This document shows, one piece after another, positions 12,326-21,516 of a stretch of DNA of 64,000 nt. The translations under genes and the position numbers were made by a program. The stretch's first letter is position 1, and every line of letters starts with the position of its first letter. Source of the stretch: Podospora anserina (lineage: Eukaryota); contig CM030332.1 of the NCBI GenBank assembly GCA_017654855.1, forward strand, positions 1,364,001 through 1,428,000. Reading direction: 5' to 3'. The notes under the pieces are model-generated. The model was given only the letters and a program-made list of their open reading frames with translations, had not been told where the DNA came from and searched no databases.

Positions 12326-13464
12326 ATGGAGTCTACATCCAACTATTATACGGGCAGCTTTTGTGGCGAATCGCCATCTCTGAATCGCAGGTAGTTTAGC
12401 CATGAAGGTGAGCTCGAAATGAAAGCCAATGAATTCTTGATGATCTACCACTTAACACACCTACAAGTCATGGAAGCCATGAGGATCGAGAGACTGCCCC
12501 GTTGGAAGGGTTCCTTATGTCATGTGGCTCCCTTGCCTTCCCACTCGGATGCTTTAATGAGCCAGACTCCTGCCGAGCGCGGGCAAAAGCGACAGAGACG
12601 TTCATCGACGCCATACTACCCCAAGGAGGGGCCTCAAGCCAGTCACACCAGGGAGGACCCTGACAACCAAGACGGGAACAACGACGAGAATTCCCGCCCA
12701 ACCAAAAGACAGCGGGTGACCCACGACGACGCCGTGCCTGTGGCGCCCTCCAGGACTCTTGACTTTGAGGATATTCGTTGTTCAGCTTCGTCAGAGACCC
12801 TCGACTTCGAGAAGATTGATTCTTCGGCCTCTTCAGAAACTCTCGACTTTGAGAGACATGATTCTTCGACCGCTTATGAGCCCACGCGTTCTTCCTCTGG
12901 CCATCCTACCGCCATTGTTGATCAATTGTTTGATTCCGATATTGCAGCCCCTTCTCCCGAGGCTGTCGAGTCTGTGATGAAGTCAGTTGAAACCGACGAC
13001 GATTGCGAGGAGTATTCTGAGCTTCTATCGTTCTTGCCACTGACCAGATCCGTTCTTCCCCCTGAATTCATTCCAAGCTTTTATCTTTCTGAATCTTACT
13101 AACGGGCTATGGCAGTCACGCTGATCCAACAATCTTGGATCACTGGACGGAATCTATTGTGGGAATAGACCCAACAGAGCTCGAGAACGAAGCGGTTGAG
13201 TCGGCAGATCTTGGTGTTTGGACCACTCATCTAACTTTTGGAAGGAGGGTGTCCAACTGGCTGGAATCAATCGTCGAGGTCGGGGAGAACTGGGAAGATG
13301 ACACGCCCAGCTCAGTTATTCCATTTTCAAGGAACGACCAACGCAACACCATTAATAGGGGGAGCGTTCATGATCGGTACCCACGAAGTCCCAGCTCAAT
13401 CCCAAGACGCCGTCAGTTTGGTTTCGTACTAGTATCATGTATGTTAGAGTCTGGAGTGTACTAA
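12326..13464 (+). pseudogene. Orphan family module D (in-frame TAG in exon 1; AT-donor intron)
   Basis: ATG 12326; TAG 12392; phase-1 intron 12408-12467; motifs PRWKGSL, QKRQRR, RPTKRQR; putative intron 13048-13115 starting AT; then WTESIV and WLESIV motifs. Confidence 0.55.
12755..12868 (+). repeat. 42-bp coding tandem repeat, about 2.7 copies (TLDFE....SASSE)
   Basis: ACYCTYGACTTYGAG starts at 12755, 12797 and 12839. Confidence 0.85.
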
Positions 13465-14449
13465 ATAAATGGACAGAAGGGGTCAATTAGCTCTTTACTT
13501 CATATTTTGTGCTGGGAATGCCTGAAGACTATGACTAGTTCCAGCAAGAGCGGAAGAAGATGCTCACATAAGCGTTTCCAGAAACCCACAACAGATATAG
13601 GACGGTTTATAGAAAACACTGCTTACATACTTCCCATCGTTAAATGAAGTTTCCCCCTTAGTTTCCCTGTTCTAAACCTACTACTTTGAGAAAGTTTACC
13701 TTGATAACAAACTATAATAGCGCTGATAAAAACCTTTACGAAGATATGTAGAAGTTTATTGCCCATGAGCACAGCAAATCAAGCCGCCTGGGAATGGTAA
13801 GTAGTGCCCTGGATAAGACAATCTCGGTTGTTTACCTTTCCCATATTCTTTCTCCTCACTGAAAAACCAGTCAAACTCTCATCATCCATTACACCAAGAC
13901 TTTGAAACTTCAACAACATCTCTTTACATACCTTCATACCGATTTTCTCCAATGCCACTGCTCCCAGCCGCTGGTCCTGTTCCTGCCCGGGTCTCATCCA
14001 ACATGGGCCAGAAAACTAACACCACGCTTCCTGACCCAGATATGCCTCTTCCGTCCACAGCTGTGACTTGAAAACGAAAGACTTACCACCCTAGATGAGG
14101 AAGGGGGAGACTGAAGCGGGGAGTGTCAAATGAAAATGTACAAATTAGTTCTTCTTCAGCGACACCTTCTTGCAATGTAGTCATTTTTGTTGTTTTCAAA
14201 GTTGCTCCCGGCGTTCTGGTGGACCACTACTTTTGCGTAAGCTGATCTCTTCTGTCCACCACTTTTGGCGAAAAGCTCTCCCGAACTTTTTTCTACTGTC
14301 CGTCCCAGATTGCCTCCATCGATAACCTTCATCGGCCACCCTCATCGCACAAACCATGAATACTACCCTCAACGGGTTGGTGGCTGGCCGACAAGCGCAC
14401 CGCAGGCAGAGCCTGTCGCGCCCAAGCCCAGGAAAATCAGTACGATGTT

Positions 14450-14998
14450 ATGATGCCATTCTTGCCACTTCGCAGGTTCGTTCCTTTCCTAATAACGACT
14501 TTGCTTCTCACGTCCCAAATGAGGCCACTCAGAAGCAGTGATAGTAGCGATCGGGATGTTGTGGATGAGTGGCTTGATGATGAAGTCAGTATCACTCCTG
14601 ATGATAGTGAGATGTGGGACGAGAGCACAGCTGTGGATAATTCCGTCTCACCCAGCTCGTCACCTGTAACGGAGGACTATTTCGAAAGCGAGAAGGATTT
14701 CGAAAGTGAGGAGGAGTTTGGTGATGATGAGGAGTATGAGTATGTCGAGAATCTCGAGAATGACGACACCAGAGACCCTCATTCAGCCCGGGGTTGTCGT
14801 TCGGTCACACCCGAATACCGTCCGGCAACGCCCGATCATCGCCAGGCCACTCCCCACTTTCGTCCGGACACGCCCAGCTACCGCCTGGCTACTCCCAAGA
14901 GTTCCAGCATCGGCACGCGCAGTCCCAGCGTTGACTTGAGCAGTCCAAAGTTCCATTCGGTTCAGCCCGAGCACTTACCCAGCCAGCCCGAGCTATAG
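14450..14998 (+). CDS. Hypothetical acidic, Ser/Pro-rich ORF, possibly the 5' part of a degraded gene joined to module E
   Basis: 182 codons with an acidic tract and RPATP-type 7-aa repeats; ends in TAG-TCC-TAG; start uncertain. Confidence 0.35.
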   Translation: MMPFLPLRRFVPFLITTLLLTSQMRPLRSSDSSDRDVVDEWLDDEVSITPDDSEMWDESTAVDNSVSPSSSPVTEDYFESEKDFESEEEFGDDEEYEYVENLENDDTRDPHSARGCRSVTPEYRPATPDHRQATPHFRPDTPSYRLATPKSSSIGTRSPSVDLSSPKFHSVQPEHLPSQPEL

Positions 14999-15136
14999 TC
15001 CTAGGCCTTAAGGAATACGCCCTTTGCTCGGCGTCTGGACTCTCTTCCAGCATTCCAGAACCCCTGTTAGAGAAGAAGCGGAAGGAGCATGACGACGGAA
15101 TCAACGAGATATCGGACATACCTAATGTATGTCTGA

Positions 15137-15771
15137 GTGCCCAAGTTGGTCAAGGTGAAGGGGGGCAGGACTATTCACGATGGTAGGGGAAGCTATTCGC
15201 GTAGCTTCACACCTTTGTACTCACTTGTAAAGACACGTGTAACAACGCACAGTGGCCAGCGGCCTATCCCTTCCATTGAGCACGAGGAAGACTTCGTCTC
15301 CCAAACATCCCCCAGAACCACTCAACTCAGTAAGTTTGAGAATCCGACTGTGGGTTACCAAGAAAGCTGACAAGACCGACAGCCAAAAGAGCTGCAACTT
15401 CTGAGTTGGACTTCTCAGTTTCGCAATCACAGCTTGATGCTCCTCAGCCATACCCCCAGTGGACTGGTGGGTGGGTGGTACAAGGGAATGGACCAAGTAG
15501 AAGCTGCCACGCCCAGGACCCGATTTTCGTTGCCCAAGCAAGCTGTTCACATAAGAGGGCAGAAGAAAAAGAGAATCATCTACACCCTGTAACCACGTCA
15601 AGATCCTCAGGCCGGATAGATCGCCCAATCATGTTGCGAGATCATCATGATGCTAGCAGTGATGAGGAGAGCTCTCCGGGACAGCACCCAACCAAAAGAA
15701 GGCGACTGGATATCACACCAGGGCCTCGGCGGTGTGTCGAAACTGCCATTGGCAACCGAAGATCACCATGA
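15137..15771 (+). pseudogene. Orphan family module E (5' end unresolved)
   Basis: PIPSIEHEED, phase-1 intron 15330-15382, then EL..SQ.D..PQWTGGW...HKR...SDEE...HPTKRRRL, colinear with module C; no in-frame ATG found. Confidence 0.5.
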
Positions 15772-16337
15772 TGTGGTGTCGAGATTCTCGCCCTTCAATC
15801 TGTTCGTTATCCTCCTGTGTCCAAGACCTGAAGGATGGAAGACTCGAGACTTGCGAGGTTAGGATAAGGAATCAGAAAGGGGTCAGCAGCAATACTGTAT
15901 ATTAGTTTACTTCTGGGGTGGTTCCTTCTGTAGTCGAAGAATAGGAACAGTCACAAACGGACTCTTATCTATCAGTGAGTAGTGCCTGTCTTGGCCTCAA
16001 GCTCGATGGATTTTTTATGCAAGACCCAATATTGATCAAACAATGAGACGATTGTGTATGCCCCGGTCTGGATCCAGTTATCACCCCAAGAATGATGATG
16101 GGGAGAGTCCATCGAAATCCATGTAGGCCTTTTGCGCTGGAGAAACTTGTCAGATAGATGGCCTTGCCGACGTACCTTTGCCTCCCGAGGCAGAAAGCCA
16201 CTCTTCCTTGATGAAAAACAACACAAGCCTCGGGTCAAATTCGGTGGAGATAGGCGCATCGTCGATGCTGTTTTGAACCTTACCATGGCCTCTGATAGGC
16301 ATTAATGTTCAGCCTCAACCCGTAATCTGCAGCCCTT

Positions 16338-16403
16338 TCAACGGCGCTCGAAAGAGTCAACGGCTCTCGAAAGAGTCAACGGCTCTCGAAAGAGTCAACG
16401 GCT
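16338..16403. repeat. 19-bp tandem repeat, about 3.5 copies (TCAACGGCTCTCGAAAGAG)
   Basis: Directly visible; one mismatch in the first copy. Confidence 0.9.
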
Positions 16404-16613
16404 GTTGCCAGACGAAACAGACCTCGAACTCCAGACAAAGCCACAAGAAACTCTTCGTCCTCAACGCCCGGTTTCCCACCACCACAGCCAATCGAGAGGT
16501 ACCGTGTCCAAAGCCCCAAAGCCAGAAGCCCAGAGATGAACACAGTGAAACCTAGATTTTTCGTTGGTCAATTTCCTCCCATGAAAAGATAGTACAACCG
16601 CTCAACCACAAGC

Positions 16614-17480
16614 ATGCCCGTACATCAACCCCCCAACCTAGCCGCCCTCGCAGACGCAACCTCAACCGCCCTCCACACGCGCCGACGAACCCCTCCGTAC
16701 CAAATTTTCAAGTTCGACATCCCCAATTACAAACCCCCATCCTCTCCCGCCGCTGTCCTCCCACCAGCAATCCAAAAACTGGTTTCCCACCCCAAGAAAC
16801 CACCATTCAACTACCCCCCCAGAAACCCGACCCAACCCACTCATCCCCAGCCTCCCAACCCCTCCCCATTCCCTTTCGGCTCGACACCCCAAGAGATTGA
16901 CACCTTCTTCCTCTCTCCCAGCCCCGGGCAAGACCCCCAAGAGGAATACGTCCTTAGCCCACCACCACAAGGGGAACCACCCAGGCCCGACGCCGCAAAA
17001 GTCAAGATGGGGAAAATGAAATGGTTGGCTGGGTACGCCGTCACCTCTCCCTGTGAGCTTCCCGGTCCGGTCAAGCAGACAGTCGTGGAGGAGGAGAGTG
17101 GTGAGGTGGTAGGGACGAGGTGGGTTGGGGTGAAGGTTGACAAGGAGATGGTGGACTTGTATGTACCAGAGTGGGAAGACTTTGACTCTGATTGTGAGGG
17201 GTACAGCGAGAGGGAGGGGGGTGTCACTCCAAAGGGGAAGGGGAAAGGGGTGGGGGGTGACGAGGTTGGATCAGAGGCTGAGGGGATTGTGAGACAGAGG
17301 GGAAGCAGAAAAAAGATGATGGGGACGATCAAGAGGTTTGGGAGGAGTTCGGCTGGTGGGAGGAAGCCAAGGGCGGGGGAGGGGAGGGAGCAGACTCGTG
17401 TACGTGGCGGGAAAATAGATAGGGACCAGACTCCTGGGCCCCATGGGGCAAGAGGATACAAAGGGAGAGGTACCCGGTGA
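16614..17480 (+). CDS. Hypothetical protein, Pro-rich N-half and Gly/Glu/Arg-rich C-half
   Basis: 288-codon ORF with CAAGCATG start context; central non-repetitive segment KWLAGYAV...VDLYVPEWEDF. Confidence 0.6.
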   Translation: MPVHQPPNLAALADATSTALHTRRRTPPYQIFKFDIPNYKPPSSPAAVLPPAIQKLVSHPKKPPFNYPPRNPTQPTHPQPPNPSPFPFGSTPQEIDTFFLSPSPGQDPQEEYVLSPPPQGEPPRPDAAKVKMGKMKWLAGYAVTSPCELPGPVKQTVVEEESGEVVGTRWVGVKVDKEMVDLYVPEWEDFDSDCEGYSEREGGVTPKGKGKGVGGDEVGSEAEGIVRQRGSRKKMMGTIKRFGRSSAGGRKPRAGEGREQTRVRGGKIDRDQTPGPHGARGYKGRGTR

Positions 17481-18146
17481 TTTTGGGCGTCTCAGAGGCA
17501 CATGACACCCACCGATTTGGGCGTTAAAAGCCTGGAATGCACGGGTTGGCTTGGTTGGAAGCGTTTGGGGAACCAGTGTTTCAAGACTTTACGATGGTAA
17601 CGATGGATGATATTCATGGAATTTGGTGTGATTTTGATATGTAGAGGAATACAGCAATACATGTTGGTGCCTGACCTTGATATCAAGACTTGATACTTGA
17701 CAACCCGGTATTCCGGAATCACAAGGTGTCCGCGGTGGAATAACATCATTCCAGAGTGGCAGAATATATCAAAACGGCGTCAACCTTGATGAGGCTGAAT
17801 GTCTCTGCGGGAAAAACACAGGCTGGCAACGGCCGTCGAGGACCCCCCAGCAGCCGCTAACACACCCCTGCCAGCAGTTCTTTGCGGGGTACAGCTCCCC
17901 CGGGCCCCGTGGCTGCCCACTTGGAGGAACCTCGGCTGGCGGTATCGGCCCCCGCAAGACGCTGTCGCCAGCGCAAATCCGTCGGTTGCCATGAGACCCG
18001 GACCTTGGCGTCGCCATAAATGGTATATCAGGGCCGAGTCCCATCTGGTCTGATCTGATAAGTTTCTGATCGTCAATTGACTGACTCTGTATCTTTGCTG
18101 TTTACTTTGTTTCTGTTCAACATATACCCTCCATATAATATCCAAA

Positions 18147-19183
18147 ATGTCTGGCCCTGGTGTTGGTTTCGAGTATCCCTCTCGCGAGGTGAGCTGGCTC
18201 AAGCGTGATGCTCTCCTCTTTGCCAACTCGATTGGCTGCACCTCGGAGGAGCTTCACTTCCTCTACGTATGCATACTCACCCTCATATGGCCATTGAATC
18301 GCTACTAACAGCACATAGGAGCTCGACCCCAACTTCGCTGTTTTCCCCACCTACCCTGTCATTCTCAGTACGTTTGAGCTGCCATTAACAGCCTCGTGGT
18401 GCATGGAAACTAACAAACAGCAAAACAGTGTTCAAGGAGACGCACCCCGAAGTAGTCGACTTCTACGCCGCCCAAAAGTCGGTCACCATCCCCGGCGTCC
18501 CCGTCTTCGACCCCACCCGCGTCGTCGACGGCCAGCGCCTCCTCGAGTTCCTCAAGCCCCTCCCTACCTCCTCCGCCGGCCGGAAATTCGAGGTCCGCAC
18601 CAAGGTCCTCGGTGTCTACGACAAGGGCAAGCCCGGGACCGTCGTCGAGACCCAGACCGACCTCGTCGACGCCGAGAAGAACGAGTCCTACGCCCGCGTT
18701 ACCACCTCTTCCTTTTACGTTGGCCAGGGCAACTGGGGCGGTCCCAAGGGCCCTGCCACCGTCAACTTCCCCCCTCCCGAGGGCAAGAAGCCCGACCTGG
18801 TGCTTGAGAACCAGACCACCAACGAAACCCCGTTGCTGTACAGACTCAATGGCGACTACAACCCCCTCCATGCCCACCCGGAGCCTGGTGCCAAGATGGG
18901 CTTCGGTGGTGTGATCATCCACGGCTTGTACTCATGGAACTGGGCGTGCCATGGCTTGCTGCAGCACCTCGGTGGCAGCAACCCTGCCAACTTCAAGGAG
19001 TACCAGGCTAGATTTGCGTCGCCGGTTAGACCCGGTGACAAGCTCATTTTGGAGGCGTGGAAGACTGGCGAGTTTAAGGGCGAGTGGGAGGAGATCAGGT
19101 TCTTGGTGAAGAACAGCCACGGCAAGGTTGTGCTGAGCAACGGCCGGGCGCTCATCAAGACTGGCGCCAAGGGCAAGTTGTAA
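18147..19183 (+). CDS. MaoC-like peroxisomal dehydratase (enoyl-CoA hydratase 2 family), 3 exons
   Basis: Introns 18267-18318 and 18368-18428; hydratase-2 motif YRLNGDYNPLH.....A...GF...IIHGL; ARFASPVRPGD; C-terminal GKL. Confidence 0.92.
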
Positions 19184-19433
19184 AGTTATGATGTTGTGTA
19201 TAATTTTGGATAAAAAGCGTAATGAGATATGTTGGACAACCAAAACTTGTTATGATGATGATGCTTGTCTCGTGTGAGGTGCCCAGAGATGATGCTCTGG
19301 CAGCTCAACTTGCATGTTGCTGCCTGACTGTCCTTTCCAGTTTCAATTGAACCCACTCACCAAATTCACTCCATTTTCACAACAAATCAAAGACCAGTCC
19401 CGCGGAAAAAGCAGCTCAAGCCGATTAAAAAAA

Positions 19434-21304
19434 ATGACAGAAGCGACAATTGGCCAGCGCAGGTCTTACGATGGCGCTCTTTGCACTGTGAGATATATCG
19501 GTGAAGTGGCCGGCACGACAGGATCATGGCTGGGTGTTGAGTGGGACGACCCATCGCGGGGCAAGCATGATGGTCAGCACAAGGGCGTCCGCTACTTTAC
19601 ATGTGAGTCTCTGAACTGATTTCGTCCATCATGGCGACGCGAGGCACGATTGACTGACATTCTTGATCAGGCAAAAGTCAAGCTCTCACATCGGCCTCTT
19701 TTGTCCGCCCGACCAGACCGGTGGACCCACCTCGGACCTTCCTCTCTGCGCTGCAATACAAATATGCACCCCCTGAGGAACAGCAGAAGCCTGGGCAACC
19801 TGCTCCGAGGCCGATTGTTTTCTCAGGGAAGGTAGCGGAAGAGGTTGGGTTTGAGAAGATCAGGAGACAGCAGGCTCAGTTGGGAGAGCTGCTGTATGTC
19901 ATCTTGGACAGCACCAAGGTTGCAACAGCATACTCGGACGATGAGAAAGCAAAGGGACAGCAGATTAGGGAGGTTTGCCCCAAAATCAGAGAGCTGGATC
20001 TGAGTCGGAATTTGCTGGAACACTTTGATCCTGTTGTGGACATCTGCGCTGAGCTGCTTCTACTGAGGAGCCTCAAGGTCAACTGGAACCGCTTCCGCAA
20101 CGTGCTTGAAGACAAGAAACTCGAAAGAGCAGGCGATGCCTTTGAAGGCGTGAAGGAGCTGGCTCTCGAAGACACGTTACTCACCTGGCACGAAATATGC
20201 CACATCGCCGCTCGATTCCCAACGCTGATCACCCTACACGCCGGCTCAAACCAGCTATCCTCTCTCTCACCCCTCCCGCCATCAGCTCCCTTTACCTCCA
20301 ACCTCGTCACCCTCGATCTCGAATTCAACCAGTTCACCTCCCTATCCGATCTTGCTCCCTTATCATCACTCACCTCTCTCAAAAGCCTCATCCTCAAAAA
20401 GAACAAAATCACCACCCTCACCACCCCCACTGCCCCTCTCCCAACCTTCTCCCCCACCCTCAACTACGTCGACCTCTCCTACAACCTCATCTCCACCTGG
20501 TCCACCGTCGACTCCCTCCCTTCCTCCTTCCCCGGCCTCACCTCCCTGAGATTCACCCACAACCCCCTCTACGACAACCCCGACCTCGACACCCCAGGCT
20601 CTCTTCCTCCACCCCCCCAACAAACAACCACCACCAGCACCTCAACCAGCGCCGCCAGCACCCTAGGCAAAACAGAAGAAGCCTACATGCTCCTCGTCGC
20701 CCGCCTCCCCCCAACCCTCAAAACCCTCAACTTCTCCACCATCACCACGGCCGACCGCTCCGACGCGGAAATGTTTTACCTCTCCCGCATCACCAAACAG
20801 CTGTCCTCCGTCCCGGAAACGGAAGAGCATTTAATACGGGAGAAACACCCCAAGTGGAAGTACTTGTGTGATAGTTACGGTGAACCGACAATCACTCGTC
20901 GGCAGGAGGTGAACCCAAACTTTTTGGAGGCCAGGTTGATAGATGTCAAGTTTTGGGCGGTGTTTGATGGGGAGGAGACAACAGCAAAGAGTGTGAGGGT
21001 GCCGAGGGCGTTTGATATTTATGCTGTTAAAGGGATTGCGGGGAGGTTGTTTGGGCTGAGGGCTTGGGAGGTGAGGTTGGTGTGGGAGACGGGGGAGTGG
21101 GATCCTGTTGGGGGGTTTGAGGTTGAGGGTGGGGATGGGGAGGAGAGTGATGATGGGGGGGAAGAGGAGACCAAGGAGGGGGCGGGGGGAGAGAACAAAA
21201 AGGGACGGTGGGTGAAGAGGGAGGTTGAGTTGAAGGATGGGCCTAGACAGTTTGGGTATTGCGTTGATGGGACGGAGGTTACTGTGAGGGTTGAGAAGAG
21301 GTGA
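19434..21304 (+). CDS. PAC2: Tubulin-specific chaperone E (CAP-Gly, LRR and ubiquitin-like domains)
   Basis: CAP-Gly motif WLGVEWDD..RGKHDG.HKGVRYF; intron 19603-19670; LRRs (ELDLSRNLL, LDLEFNQF, VDLSYNLI); AEMFYL motif. Confidence 0.92.
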
Positions 21305-21516
21305 TGAGATTTGTTTGGCGGTTGTTGTCTGGAGCTGGGGTGGGAAACTGCAGGTTGTTTTACGGGATACTACAGGTTTCGTTTGTTGCAGTCACGATAC
21401 TGGCGGCGGTTATTTTTAGTTATAAAACTCGGTTTCTTGCCTTTTCTATTCCAGACTCTCTTCATCTATTCTTCCTCGAGTGCTGGCTGCCTATTATCAA
21501 TCATCAGTGCACCGCC

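Noticed and set aside
15965-16286. Minus-strand 104-aa ORF
   Set aside because: No recognisable domain or convincing splice structure; cannot be supported without a search.
16338-16403. Possible CRISPR-like array
   Set aside because: Head-to-tail repeats without spacers, in a eukaryotic context with no cas genes.
21301-21516. 72-codon in-frame N-terminal extension of the CCCH protein overlapping the TBCE stop
   Set aside because: Lies in the TBCE 3' UTR and the next promoter; ATG 21517 has good context and immediately precedes the conserved motif.
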